Part shown: positions 10,242-20,117 of the stretch, piece after piece
How positions within the stretch are numbered: the first letter of the stretch is position 1
Layout of the letters: every line of letters starts with the position of its first letter
Assembly: GCF_000332335.1 (NCBI RefSeq)
Contig: NZ_KB235948.1
Location: 2,804,513 to 2,848,670, forward strand
From: Oscillatoria sp. PCC 10802
GTDB taxonomy: Bacteria; Cyanobacteriota; Cyanobacteriia; Cyanobacteriales; Oscillatoriaceae
DNA length: 44,158 nucleotides
Reading direction: 5' to 3'
Program-made: the position numbers and the translations under genes
The notes under the pieces: generated by a model
Database searches by the model: none
The model's input: only the letters and a program-made list of their open reading frames with translations
Told to the model about the DNA's origin: nothing

Positions 10242-11246
10242 ATGCCCACAGCAAAGAACCGTACCATGACCGCCAACCCCACTTACATGGGCGCACGGCC
10301 TTCCGCACCGGCTGATATCGTGCGCACCTATCTGCACGAGATCGGACGGGTGCCGCTGCTGACCCACGAGCAAGAAATTGTCTTGGGCAAGCAGGTGCAG
10401 CAAATGATGGCGCTAATTGAAGCGAAAGAAGCGCTGGCCTCCGAGCTCGACCGCGAACCCACTGCGCAAGAGTGGGCCGCTCGCCTGGAGCTTTCGGAAG
10501 CCGAGCTGAACCGGCTCGTACACCAGGGACAGCGTGCGAAGCAAAAGATGATTGAAGCCAACTTGCGCCTGGTGGTGGCGATCGCCAAGAAATACCAGAA
10601 GCGCAACCTGGAGCTGCTCGACCTGATCCAAGAAGGCACACTCGGTTTGGAACGAGGGGTAGAAAAATTTGACCCCACGCGGGGGTACAAGTTTTCCACC
10701 TACGCCTACTGGTGGATTCGCCAAGCCATCACCCGCGCCATCGCCCAGCAGGCTCGCACGATTCGCCTGCCGATCCACATCACCGAAAAACTGAACAAAA
10801 TCAAAAAAGTCCAGCGGGAGCTCACCCAGCAATTGGGGCGGAGCGCCACGCCGGCTGAAATTGGCCAAGCCCTCGATTTAGAGCCGTCTCAAATCCGGGA
10901 GTACCTGACCATGGCCCGCCACCCGATTTCCCTGGACATCCGCGTCGGGGACAACCACGACACGGAACTGCAAGACCTGCTCGAAGATGAAGCCGCCTCG
11001 CCGGAGAGCTTCACCACCCAGGAATTGCTGCGCCAAGACCTCGACAACCTGCTAGCCGAACTGACGCAGCAGCAGCGGGAAGTGATCACCCTGCGCTTTG
11101 GCCTCAAGGACGGTCGCGAGCTGTCCCTGGCCAAAGTCGGCGAGCGACTGAGCCTGAGCCGGGAGCGGGTGCGCCAGCTGGAACATCAAGCCTTGGCTCA
11201 GCTGCGCCGCCGGCAGGCCAACGTGCGGGAATATCTCGCCAGCTAA
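10242..11246 (+). CDS. RNA polymerase sigma factor, group 2 (RpoD/SigA family, no region 1.1)
   Basis: 334 aa with regions 1.2-4.2: [78 protein letters not shown], region 4 [25 protein letters not shown]. Confidence 0.9.
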   Translation: MPTAKNRTMTANPTYMGARPSAPADIVRTYLHEIGRVPLLTHEQEIVLGKQVQQMMALIEAKEALASELDREPTAQEWAARLELSEAELNRLVHQGQRAKQKMIEANLRLVVAIAKKYQKRNLELLDLIQEGTLGLERGVEKFDPTRGYKFSTYAYWWIRQAITRAIAQQARTIRLPIHITEKLNKIKKVQRELTQQLGRSATPAEIGQALDLEPSQIREYLTMARHPISLDIRVGDNHDTELQDLLEDEAASPESFTTQELLRQDLDNLLAELTQQQREVITLRFGLKDGRELSLAKVGERLSLSRERVRQLEHQALAQLRRRQANVREYLAS

Positions 11247-11312
11247 TCGAGCGGTGAGTCGCTGAATTAACTCATCGCCCATCACTCCTCACGCCCGCGC
11301 GGCAAAAAATCG

Positions 11313-11352
11313 GGCTGGGAGCAGCAACTGCTCCCAGCCACATTTTTTGTTA
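11313..11352 (+). terminator. Rho-independent terminator after the sigma factor gene
   Basis: gggctgggagcagcaactgctcccagcc followed by acatttttttgtt. Confidence 0.65.
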
Positions 11353-11522
11353 ATTTTTGTAAACGAATTCGGCAATCAAAGGCGATGAGCGTGAAGGCTT
11401 TCGCTGGCAACTGGGCGCAAATCCGCCCGGATTCTCAACTCAGAAGGTCTTAGTGAAAAACCTAGAGGGAAACAACCAGGGTGCACAACCGGTTTGTCCG
11501 CTTTAGTTCGCCGTGGCATAAA

Positions 11523-12101
11523 ATGCTAAACTGGTTTGACAGGCTCCTAGCCGCGCTCCTCCCAGCTTTGGGGCTAGCCGCGAATGGCCTCTGCACCGCA
11601 CTCACGGCTTCCCACGCCCTTGCGGCTTTTGGCTCAGAGATTGCCCACCCCCCCCCAAAGCAAAGGGTTCACCCCACTGCCGGCGGCGGACCGGTTCTGG
11701 CCCCCGCAATGCCTGCTGAGGAACAGCCTTTAGCCGATGGGATTTACCACTACGGCGAGTCCGCTGAGCCCGAACAGATTGGCAAAGCCTATATGGTGTT
11801 TGAGGTGCGCCAGGGCTTAGCCATAGGAGCCTTTTACATGCCCAGCTCCTCCTTTGACTGTTTTTACGGCAGCGCTTGGCCGCAGCGACTCGACCTCACC
11901 ATTGTCAGCACCTACGAACAGACGGCCTACACCTACTCCGTCCCCCTCGACGAGTTTCAGCCCGTCCCCACCGTCAGCGAGAACGACGAGCGGATCTTGA
12001 GGGTGTGCACCGGCACCTATCAAGAGCGGGTGTGGGAGCGGCAAACTCCCCAGCGCCTAGCCCCAAGCCCCCTCAATACTCAATCCCCGGTTGCGCCCTG
12101 A
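11523..12101 (+). CDS. Hypothetical secreted protein (start uncertain; ORF track begins at a GTG at 11481)
   Basis: N-terminal signal-peptide-like MLNWFDRLLAALLPALGLAANGLC; no recognised domain; 3' end overlaps the cobO 3' end convergently. Confidence 0.4.
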   Translation: MLNWFDRLLAALLPALGLAANGLCTALTASHALAAFGSEIAHPPPKQRVHPTAGGGPVLAPAMPAEEQPLADGIYHYGESAEPEQIGKAYMVFEVRQGLAIGAFYMPSSSFDCFYGSAWPQRLDLTIVSTYEQTAYTYSVPLDEFQPVPTVSENDERILRVCTGTYQERVWERQTPQRLAPSPLNTQSPVAP

Positions 12102-12792
12102 CACCTTGCTCCCGAAACGGATGCTTAATCAGGGTCATTTCAGTCACCAAGTCCGCCCGCTCGATCAGGGCTGCCGGTGCCCCCCTGCCGGTGAGAATGG
12201 CGTGCGTGTCCGCCGGCTTTTCTGCCAAACCGGCCATCACTTCCTCAGCCTGCAAATACCCCAGCTTCATTGCTACATTAATTTCATCGAGCAGCACCAG
12301 CTTAAACTCCGGGTTGCGCAGAAATGTCAAACCCGTTTGCCAAGCCAGCTGGGCTCTCTCAATATCCCGCTCCCTGTCTTGGGTTTCCCAAGTGAACCCC
12401 TCTCCGAGCGCCCGGAACTCTATCTGCGAGCCCCACCGCTCCAGCACCGCCTTTTCCGCCGGCTCCCAGGCCCCTTTAATGAATTGCACAATAGCCACGC
12501 GGTAGCCGTGTCCCAGAGAGCGCAGCACCATCCCCAGCGCCGCTGTCGTTTTGCCCTTGCCATTGCCGGTGTGGACAATAATCAAGCCTTTTTCCAGATT
12601 TCGCTGCGCCAGTCGCTTCTCCTGCACCTGCTTGCGCCGCTCCATCTTCTGCCGGTACTGCTCTGGCGTCAGCCCTGCCGGTGCCAGGGGCGCTCCGGCA
12701 TCCGCCTCCAAATTTTCACCGCCGTCCATATCAGTCTTCGCGTTCATACTTACCTGCTGCGCTCCCTTGTCTAGCCCGCACCCCACTCCCAC
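12073..12792 (-). CDS. cobO: Cob(I)yrinic acid a,c-diamide adenosyltransferase (CobO/BtuR)
   Basis: VHTGNGKGKTTAALGMVLRSLGHGYRVAIVQFIKG...LLDEINVAMKLGYL...ILTGRGAP...HPF; ~50-aa N-terminal extension, so the start may be the internal Met at 12747. Confidence 0.85.
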   Translation of the reverse strand: MGVGCGLDKGAQQVSMNAKTDMDGGENLEADAGAPLAPAGLTPEQYRQKMERRKQVQEKRLAQRNLEKGLIIVHTGNGKGKTTAALGMVLRSLGHGYRVAIVQFIKGAWEPAEKAVLERWGSQIEFRALGEGFTWETQDRERDIERAQLAWQTGLTFLRNPEFKLVLLDEINVAMKLGYLQAEEVMAGLAEKPADTHAILTGRGAPAALIERADLVTEMTLIKHPFREQGVRAQPGIEY

Positions 12793-13074
12793 ACCGGCCC
12801 AGCAACCCCCTCCGAGGTTCCCTCTTCTATATCTTGCGGAAGTGCCGGTCAGACTTGATGATAAACCGGTTAAGCTGAGATTAAAACTGAGTTAAGAAAA
12901 ACACGGCAGATGAAACCGACTTAACCAGCCATCAGGGCCATTCGCATCAAACTCGTGACAGTCGCCGGCCCGCACGGTGACCAGCGGCAGCAACCCCGAC
13001 CGGCTCCCAGTCAGGGGGCAGGAAACACACTAACATTAAAAATACATAAAGTATTGTATATAATGGAGAGAAAT

Positions 13075-13338
13075 ATGGCAGATTCCAGAGATTTTCTATC
13101 TCCTCGAAGCCGCTATCACGGCAAATTCTCGCCGCAAAACTTGGCGTTTGATGCGAACCTGCAGGAGTTCGCTCAAAAAGTGAGCATCATCTGCGCCTTA
13201 GAAACAGGTGGCAAGCTCTCCCCAGAACAAGCCTACGAGGAAATTAGGACCCTCTGGCACCGGCTGAAAACATCCAAAAAGCAGCTGGGGATTGGCGAGC
13301 CCCCCCCTAAGGGCAGCGAGGAAAATAGTGAGGGATGA
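13075..13338 (+). CDS. Small hypothetical protein (87 aa)
   Basis: MADSRDFLSPRSRYHGKFSPQNLAFDANLQEFAQKVSIICALETGGKLSPEQAYEEIRTLWHRLK; TATATAAT -10 at 13054 and GGAGAG RBS before ATG 13075 (in-frame ATG also at 13063). Confidence 0.5.
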   Translation: MADSRDFLSPRSRYHGKFSPQNLAFDANLQEFAQKVSIICALETGGKLSPEQAYEEIRTLWHRLKTSKKQLGIGEPPPKGSEENSEG

Positions 13339-13396
13339 GCGGAAAAAGCAGAAAGTCGGGGCACCCACAACGGCATGGGTGCCAACTCAAACTTAA

Positions 13397-13555
13397 TATA
13401 GCAGCAGTCATATTGGGCGCGGAGATCGCTGGCCTAGGGATAAAAGGTGTAGGACAGGCGTTCGCTGCGATCCTACTGTCTTAACTTAAGTGAATACTGC
13501 TAGAATGAACCGCCAAGACGCCAAGAACGCCAAGAGGAAGTTTCTTGGCGTCCCT
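13397..13555. repeat. MITE copy (13397-13505) followed by family-4 hairpin repeat (CCGCCAAGACGCCAAGAACGCCAAG, 13508-13555)
   Basis: tatagcagcagtcatattggg...gtaggacaggcgttcgctgcgatcctac...cttaagtgaatactgctaga; the family-4 motif is also at 27440-27528 and 37127-37165. Confidence 0.65.
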
Positions 13556-13636
13556 TCAAAGGGGCGGTTGATTGTAAGATTGTTGATTGGTGTGAATTCC
13601 TGTCAGGGATTGAAATAGGAATCGGGGAAGAAGGCC

Positions 13637-14884
13637 ATGTTGCTGGTATTAGAAGCGGAGTCAATCATTTTCAACTTGGTGCGCACCCCGGATGCCGGGC
13701 GGGATGTCGAGAGTGTGGGCTTGCTTGCAGCAAACGGTCGCATTTTAGCCGTGCCGGTGAGCAGCGATCTCGATTTTCCTCACTGGGACAATTCTGCGAT
13801 GGACGGCTATGCGGTACTCTATGATGATGTTGCGGGGTGCAGCCCTTCTGAACCGGCAACCCTGGATATTATAGAGGAAATTCCCGCAGGTGTCAAGCCC
13901 CGGAGAGAAATTCAACCCGGGCAAGCGGCGCGAATCCTCACCGGCTCGATGATGCCGGCGGGTGCGGATACGGTGGTGATGCAGGAGGAAACGCGCCGGG
14001 AGGGCTCTCGCGTGTCTGTCTTGGCCCCACCGGCAGGGCGCGGGGCTTTCGTGCGCCACCGGGGGGCTTTCTACAAGGCGGGGACGCCCCTGCTGCCGGA
14101 GGGCATCGCCCTGGGGGCACCGGAAATCGCTGTGCTGGCTCAGGCCAGGTTAGCGCAGGTGCCGGTGTGGCGGCGTCCAATGGTTGCGATTCTCTCCACC
14201 GGCAGCGAGCTGGTGACGCCCGACCGGCCCCTGCAACCGGGCCAAATTGCCGACTCCAATCAGTACGCTCTGGCGGCGGCAGTGGCGAATGCCGGCGGAG
14301 TGCCGCTGCCCCTGGGCATTGTTGAGGACGACCGGCAGGCGCTCGCAGGGGCGATAGCGCGAGCGGTGGCGGGCGCGGATGTGGTGCTGTCCACCGGCGG
14401 CGTCTCTGTGGGGGATTGCGATTACGTCGAGGAAATTCTCGAAAAGCTGGGAGCGGAAACTCACATCCGGTCTGTTGACATGAAACCGGGCAAACCCCTG
14501 ACTGTGGCGAGGTTTCCCGCTCGTGCCTCCGGGCGGGAAGTGCTCTATTTCGGGCTGCCGGGAAATCCGGTTTCCACCCTGGTGACATTTTGGCGGTTTG
14601 TCGGGCCGGCACTGAAAAAGCTGGCCGGTCTGAAAGACGGCTGGGGGCCCGTATTTGTCCGGGCGCGCTCGCGACAGGAGTTGCGCTCAGATGGCAAGCG
14701 GGAATCTTACCTGTGGGGGAAGCTGGAATTAGTTGATGGCGCTTGGGAGTTTGAGAAAGCCGGTGGGAGTCACAGTTCTGGGAATTTGATCAATCTGGCG
14801 CTTTGCTCGGGTCTGGCGGTGGTGCCGGTGGGTGAGACTCTGATTCCCGCTGGGGAGCTGGTGCTGGGAATGCCGGTGGGATGA
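13637..14884 (+). CDS. moeA: Molybdopterin molybdotransferase MoeA
   Basis: DFPHWDNSAMDGYAV..., ILSTGSELV, VVLSTGGVSVGDCDYV, MKPGKPL MoeA motifs; RBS GGGGAAGAAGG. Confidence 0.85.
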   Translation: MLLVLEAESIIFNLVRTPDAGRDVESVGLLAANGRILAVPVSSDLDFPHWDNSAMDGYAVLYDDVAGCSPSEPATLDIIEEIPAGVKPRREIQPGQAARILTGSMMPAGADTVVMQEETRREGSRVSVLAPPAGRGAFVRHRGAFYKAGTPLLPEGIALGAPEIAVLAQARLAQVPVWRRPMVAILSTGSELVTPDRPLQPGQIADSNQYALAAAVANAGGVPLPLGIVEDDRQALAGAIARAVAGADVVLSTGGVSVGDCDYVEEILEKLGAETHIRSVDMKPGKPLTVARFPARASGREVLYFGLPGNPVSTLVTFWRFVGPALKKLAGLKDGWGPVFVRARSRQELRSDGKRESYLWGKLELVDGAWEFEKAGGSHSSGNLINLALCSGLAVVPVGETLIPAGELVLGMPVG

Positions 14885-14914
14885 GCCAAACCGCCCAATG
14901 CTCAGAAATGGCAC

Positions 14915-15234
14915 TCTAGCAGTATTCACTTAGGTTAGGACAGTAGGTCGCAGGAGCGCCTGTCCTATAGCAGTATGCACTTAGGTTAGTACATGGGCAT
15001 TGGGGCAGTGGGCGATGGGGCATCACGCAAAAGCTGGTAGGGGCGGGTTTACTAACATCTGGTAAAACCCAGAGACATCTTGGGTGAACCCGCCCCTACT
15101 TACCCCATGCGCATGAGCCCGATGCGCATGAGCCCCATAAGCCATGTCATTAATGTCTTAACCAATATGACTGCTGCTATACGCCTTTTATCCCCAGGCC
15201 ACTGATGTCCTAAGCAATATGAATACTGCTATAT
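14915..15234. repeat. Nested MITE cluster (tatagcagtatgcacttaggttag ... ccaatatgactgctgctata with an inserted GC-hairpin element)
   Basis: Same architecture as the 20614-20797 copy, including the gcgcatgagccc x2 motif, plus an inserted ggtaggggcgggttt...aacccgcccctac hairpin also seen at 28795-28860. Confidence 0.7.
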
Positions 15235-15246
15235 TCTTAAGTCGGG

Positions 15247-16848
15247 TTAAAACAAGCCTCTTTTGCCGTTCGGCTTTACCGTCAGCCAGTTGGTTTTGGC
15301 CATAGCCAGCTGCTCGTCGGTGACGCGGGCACCGGTGAGATTGGCTCCGCAGAGATTCGCCCCCCGCAGGTTGGCGTAACTCAGATAAGCCTCGGTGAGG
15401 TCCGCACCTCTGAGATCTGCTCCCTCCAAGCAGGCGTAGCTCATATACGCTTTGACCAAATAGGCGTCCCGCAGACTGGCCTGCTTTAAATTCGCGCGGC
15501 CAAAATTGGCATTGGAGAGGTCGGAATTCTGGAAGTTGGTTTTAGCCAAGTTCGCTTGGTGGAAAATGGTTTCCGCCAGACAGGTTCTCGACAAGTCTAG
15601 CAGGCTGAGGTCGCAGGTGGCAAAATCTCGTCTGCCCTTGGTGTAGGCGGTTTTCAGACTTAGGGCATCCCACGAGCTGGGAATTTTCGCCTTACCGCCG
15701 GAAGCCCCTTTGCCGTCTATCGCCGTCACCCCCCGATTGGACGCCAGACTCCGATTTCCGGTGCCCCCGCTGGGCATGCGGGTAGCGGCGGCGCGGGCTT
15801 TGCGGGCGCGAATTTCCTCCGCCAGTTTCGAGGCGGGCGACGCCCCACCAGAAGAACTGCCGGAATCGATTGCGGTGCGGTCTTCTGGCTGAGCGGCAGG
15901 TTTGGACTGAGCGATCATGCCCTGGTTGAGGCTGTGCCGGTGCAGCTCTACATCCATCGCTCTGAGGACTTCGCTAGCTGACCCGAAACGATGGCGGACA
16001 GAAACTTCCAGCATTTTTTCTAGCACGCGCAGCAAACCGGCACTGACTGTGATATACTCCCGCCAGCGGATTTCGCCGGTGACCGGATCGTGGCCTAAAT
16101 GACTGGGAGATTTGCCTGTCAGCAGATAGATGCAAGTCACCCCCAGGGCGTAGATATCGCTGGCATACACGGGGCGCAGCGACATCTGTTCCGGTGGCGC
16201 AAAACCGGGGGTGCCAATCGCAAAGGAGGTGAGTGCCGTATTTTCTGAGGTGTTGAGGATAGCGGTTTGGCTCACTTGGTCTTTGACGGCCCCAAAGTCA
16301 ATCAGGACAAGCTTTTGGTCGATGTCGCGGCGAATCATATTGGCCGGTTTGATGTCCCGGTGAATCACCCGATGGTCGTGCAGGTACTGCACCACCGGCA
16401 GGATCTCCGCCAGAAATTGTGTGACGCCAAATTCTGTAAAAGGCCCGCTGCGCTTGACTTCTTGTTTGAGGGTCGAGCCGCTGATGTACTCCTGAACCAG
16501 GTAAAATTGCTCGCTGGCTTCAAAGTAGTCTAGCAGGCGGGGCACTTGGGGGTGATCGACAAGCTTGCCGAGGGTTTTGGCTTCTCGCTCAAAAAGCTGC
16601 CGCGCCATGTCCAAGACCTGCGGCGAGGTGGTTGCCGGGCGCAGCTGCTTGATCACGCAGCTGGGGGTTCCGGGCAAAGAAAGGTCTTGGGCCACAAAGG
16701 TCGCCCCAAAGCCCCCTTGGGCCAAAGCTTGTGTCACGCGATAGCGAGCCCGAAGCAGGAGAGTGGCTCCGCACGCTTGACACCGGTGAGCGTGGTCTGG
16801 GTTCTCAGGTTGGGGACAGGCAGGATTTACACAGATACTCATATTCAC
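15247..16848 (-). CDS. Serine/threonine protein kinase with N-terminal zinc-ribbon-like Cys cluster and C-terminal pentapeptide repeats
   Basis: CVNPACPQ...CQACG; Hanks kinase motifs VIHRDIKPANMI, DFG, GTPGFAPPE; C-terminal ANLAKTNFQNSDLSNANFGRANLKQASL... pentapeptide repeats. Confidence 0.9.
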   Translation of the reverse strand: MNMSICVNPACPQPENPDHAHRCQACGATLLLRARYRVTQALAQGGFGATFVAQDLSLPGTPSCVIKQLRPATTSPQVLDMARQLFEREAKTLGKLVDHPQVPRLLDYFEASEQFYLVQEYISGSTLKQEVKRSGPFTEFGVTQFLAEILPVVQYLHDHRVIHRDIKPANMIRRDIDQKLVLIDFGAVKDQVSQTAILNTSENTALTSFAIGTPGFAPPEQMSLRPVYASDIYALGVTCIYLLTGKSPSHLGHDPVTGEIRWREYITVSAGLLRVLEKMLEVSVRHRFGSASEVLRAMDVELHRHSLNQGMIAQSKPAAQPEDRTAIDSGSSSGGASPASKLAEEIRARKARAAATRMPSGGTGNRSLASNRGVTAIDGKGASGGKAKIPSSWDALSLKTAYTKGRRDFATCDLSLLDLSRTCLAETIFHQANLAKTNFQNSDLSNANFGRANLKQASLRDAYLVKAYMSYACLEGADLRGADLTEAYLSYANLRGANLCGANLTGARVTDEQLAMAKTNWLTVKPNGKRGLF

Positions 16849-17685
16849 CCGGATGTAGCTCTGCTGTTTGACAGCTTACTGGCTTGCACAAGTAGATGCG
16901 TTTGCCCCGTCTGGCCTCAAGCATGCTTTCCTCGGTGCCGCTAAGCTTATCCCCTACCTTAAATGATTTAAGGGGATAAACGGGATCTCTTGGGGGCAAC
17001 CCCTTGGTCGCTCCAGTAACTCTGCTTGTGTGGGCAAGTTTTTGGACTGCCGGCACCGGCAGCTCACCGGCACCCCGTTCTAAAAAGTTTCTTCTGACAT
17101 TCAGGCATTTTTCTTATCTTTAAAGTTCCTGAAAACAGGGGGCAAATAACGGTCTGGCGAATTTCTTTACAAAATTTTTACATAATTGTGTTGATTGTGT
17201 GAAGCCGGCGCGCCGGTCGGGCAACAGGGCCGGCGGGCCAGAGCGCGGTGAGGGGCGGAGGGGCTGCCGCCACGCTTGGTGCGGCAACCGGGTTTCTTTG
17301 AGAAACCCGGTTTCTGGAAAATCCCGCCGGCTCTAGACAAAAACTTAGCCGAATGGTAAAATATACGAGATTTTCTGGAAGACTGGCATCGAGATCGGGG
17401 CGGGCCGGCAGTGCCGGTGAGCCAAAATCCTGACAAATCCCTCTTGAATATTAAGATTTGCCGGCCCAATTTTTGCCGCAGGTTATTGCGGTGGCAGATT
17501 CCATTTTAACAGAGCCGGCTTTAGTTGAGTGGCTCTGTCGCCAGCCGCAAGCCGGAAACAGGTACGGTGCGTTCCCCCTTGGGGGGAAGCGCCCCTACTG
17601 TTCAAAGCTTGTGCGTTCCGGCGCTGGCGAGCGATTGAGCTGTATTTTACCGCAGCATTAAGTTTGCTCTAAAATATAGCGGTTC

Positions 17686-17772
17686 TCAGTTGGATGAACG
17701 TTAGGCCCAGAAACCCGGTTTCTTAAAGAAACCGGGTTTCTCAGTACCTCACAAAGGATGAGAAACGCGATA
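17686..17772. repeat. MITE family 2 (TIR tagcggttctca...tgagaaacgcgata; core palindrome GAAACCCGGTTTCTTAAAGAAACCGGGTTTC)
   Basis: Near-identical copy at 40173-40268; partial cores at 8739, 17281, 41477, 42955, 43150. Confidence 0.7.
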
Positions 17773-17800
17773 AACCCTTTAACCCTGTTTTCGGTGCCAG

Positions 17801-19015
17801 ATGAAACTTAGCTTTTGCATTATTGTCAAAAACGAGGAAGCCACCCTGCCCAAGTGCCTGAGCAGTGTCAGAGAGGCGGTGGATGAAATGGTGGTGCTGG
17901 ACACCGGCTCGACGGACCGGACTCCAGAAATTGCGCGAGAATTCGGCGCGAAAGTTTATCACTTCCCGTGGGGCGGCGACTTCGCAGCCGCCCGCAATGA
18001 ATCTCTGAAGTATGTCACCGGCGACTGGGTTCTGGTGCTGGATGCGGATGAAGTGCTCAAACAAGAAAGTGTGCCGCAGATAAAGGAGGCGATGCTTAAC
18101 GAGCGCTATATCCTGATCAATCTCGTCCGCCACGAAGTTGGGGCGGCGCAATCTCCCTACTCGCTGGTGTCGCGGCTGTTCCGCAATCACCCAGAGATTT
18201 ATTTCTCGCACCCCTATCACGCAATGGTGGATGATAGTGTTGCCGAGCTGTTGCGCCAAAAGCCGAATCAGTGGCAGGTGGCTGACCTGTCGCCGGTGGC
18301 GATTGAACACTATGGCTACCAGCCAGGAACGATCGCAGCTCTTGATAAGTTTACCCGAGCGCGGCAGGCGATGGAAGCGTATCTGGCTGAACACCCCTCC
18401 GATCCCTACACCTCCAGCAAGCTGGGCGCTCTGTATGTGGCAGCGGGCGAGGTGGAAAGGGGCATCGCGCTGCTGGAACTGGGTCTGGCAGCGCTGCCAA
18501 AGCCGGACAGGTCTAGCCCTGCGGCAGCGCCGGTGCTCTACGAACTCCACTACCATTTAGGCATTGCCCACACTCGCCTCTCAAAGCTGTCTAAAGCGAA
18601 GTCGCACTATAAAGCGGCGATCGAGCAGCCTATTTTGCCGCAGCTGAAACTTGGCGCTTACAATAATTTGGGCAGCTTGCTGCTGGAAACCGGCGACTTG
18701 ACGGGCGCAATTTCTGCCTTCGGGACTGCTGTCCGCGCTGAGCCGAATTTTGCTCTCGGTCACTTCAATTTGGGGATTGCTCTCAAGCAGAAGGGGCGTC
18801 TGAAGGAAGCGATTGACTCCTACCGGCAAGCGATTGCACTAGACCCTGACTGTGCGGAGGCTTATCAAAATTTGGGGGTGGCGCTGCTGAAAGCCGGCAA
18901 TGTGCTGGAGAGTTTGGATACTTTTCGAGAGGCGATTTCGCTCTACGAGCAGCGCCAGTCGCCGGCAGGCGGTCATCTGCGCCGAAGTTTGAAGGAAATG
19001 GGTTTGAGCGTTTGA
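17801..19015 (+). CDS. Family 2 glycosyltransferase with C-terminal TPR repeats
   Basis: FCIIVKNEEATLPKCLSSV...VVLDTGSTDRT...DWVLVLDADEVL (GT2 DxD); C-terminal AYNNLGSLLLETGDLTGAI..., HFNLGIALKQKGRLKEAIDSYRQAIALDP TPRs. Confidence 0.85.
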   Translation: MKLSFCIIVKNEEATLPKCLSSVREAVDEMVVLDTGSTDRTPEIAREFGAKVYHFPWGGDFAAARNESLKYVTGDWVLVLDADEVLKQESVPQIKEAMLNERYILINLVRHEVGAAQSPYSLVSRLFRNHPEIYFSHPYHAMVDDSVAELLRQKPNQWQVADLSPVAIEHYGYQPGTIAALDKFTRARQAMEAYLAEHPSDPYTSSKLGALYVAAGEVERGIALLELGLAALPKPDRSSPAAAPVLYELHYHLGIAHTRLSKLSKAKSHYKAAIEQPILPQLKLGAYNNLGSLLLETGDLTGAISAFGTAVRAEPNFALGHFNLGIALKQKGRLKEAIDSYRQAIALDPDCAEAYQNLGVALLKAGNVLESLDTFREAISLYEQRQSPAGGHLRRSLKEMGLSV

Positions 19016-19159
19016 ATTCTCTCAGGGGAAGTGGGGTGCTTTTCCGGCGGCGGAACGCACCCCGCAAGTCCTGAGATCGGGCACAAGGGCATCACGCATG
19101 CATGGCATTGGTCACTGAATTCAGGTTAATCAACCCGACATGGTAGAGCAATAAGATGT

Positions 19160-19238
19160 TAGGCTTTTAACCTGCTTTTTCGTTGAAAGGAGGCAGAGCC
19201 TCCAGATTGCGTTCCCAGCCTGAGGCTGGGAACGCTAG
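19160..19238. repeat. Family-3 repeat element (aggcttttaacctgc...ggaggcagagcctcc...gcgttcccagcctgaggctgggaacgc)
   Basis: Copies at 8897, 26452, 27378, 42863-43087. Confidence 0.6.
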
Positions 19239-19640
19239 GATAAAAAATAATGTAAATTTAATGCAGCATAGCTTAGACAGTCAGTTGAGTGCAAGGTATC
19301 TTACTTGCTAGTAGGGACAGGGATTGGAGGGAACGCCTGTCCTAGGTCCGCGCCCTAAGAGCCCAGAGCTATATAAGGTAGCGGCTTTGCCTGTCTTGAC
19401 AGTGCAGTCACTGGAGATTATTGCCTGGAGTTGGCCAAGCCCAGCCAGTCCTTGTTCGGATCGCTGCGCGGCACAGGGTTGGTCGCAGGATGAGATCTCG
19501 ATCCAGAAGCGAGCTTGACCCAACATCCGAGTGAGGGAATGCGCGTTCCCCTTGACAGTTCAAGGGTGGGGAGGGCAATCTAAAATGTGCGATCTCCGGA
19601 TGTTTTTCCATCTGTGGTGTATCCTGGAAAGAAAAACTGC

Positions 19641-19669
19641 TTGACAAATAGATGTTTTGATGTTATAAT
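19641..19669 (+). promoter_or_regulatory. Perfect consensus sigma70-type promoter (TTGACA-17 bp-TATAAT with TG extended -10)
   Basis: cTTGACAaatagatgttttgaTGtTATAATgg; no convincing ORF in the 430 bp downstream. Confidence 0.55.
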
Positions 19670-20117
19670 GGCAAGGCTTACTTTATGGCAGGTGGCTTGC
19701 ATGCTAGCCGGTGCGGTCGCCGGCAACATTGTCAGTTGCGATTTTTCCGCATCTTCTCCCACACCCCCACACATCCAAGACTCACCGCCACCGGTGGGGC
19801 GGAATTTTCTACCGCAACACGAGCACACCGGCAAGTTGAGTGCCGGTGGGAGAGGGGCTGAGGTTTTCGCCACCGGCAAAGGCGGGCAGACTCTGGAAAA
19901 GAGCCGTGCCGGCACAGTCAAAATCTGGAATTTGGCCTCTCCGGAAGGGTGAGAGCCGGTTAGGGGATATGGTTTCCGGCAAGGCGGGGAAAGCTGTGGG
20001 TAGCTCACCTTTGCCCCTGCAAACCTAAAAATTGCCACAGCATACAAGACGAATGCAGCCGGATTTGATATCAGGGGGCTTCAGTCCAGAGAGGTTCCGG
20101 CTTGCCGGTGGCACAAG

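Noticed and set aside
11283-11352. ACTCCTCACGCC motif plus terminator hairpin, reminiscent of the Yfr1 sRNA (ACUCCUCACAC between two hairpins).
   Set aside because: The motif differs at the critical 3' positions. The 5' hairpin is poor. The location directly after the sigma factor stop is better explained as its intrinsic terminator.
13938-14612. 224-aa minus-strand ORF inside moeA (and similar long antisense ORFs 7223-7984 in HerA, 5509-6054 in GST, 17741-18556 in the glycosyltransferase, 10413-10868 in sigma).
   Set aside because: These are stop-poor shadow frames of GC-rich genes. Products are Arg/Pro/Ala-rich low complexity with no RBS. The sense-strand genes have clear homology.
17703-17730. 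CAGAAACCCGGTTTC resembling the RNase P RNA 3' conserved ACAGAACCCGGCUUA.
   Set aside because: It is part of the palindromic MITE family 2 core repeated seven times. No P4 helix partner (AGGAAAGUCCGGGCUCC) is present.
19587-19952. 121-aa ORF downstream of the perfect promoter as a protein-coding gene.
   Set aside because: The start would overlap the -10 box with no leader or RBS. The product is low-complexity (PTPPHIQDSPPPVGR...GGRGAEV). A noncoding transcript is more likely, if anything is transcribed.
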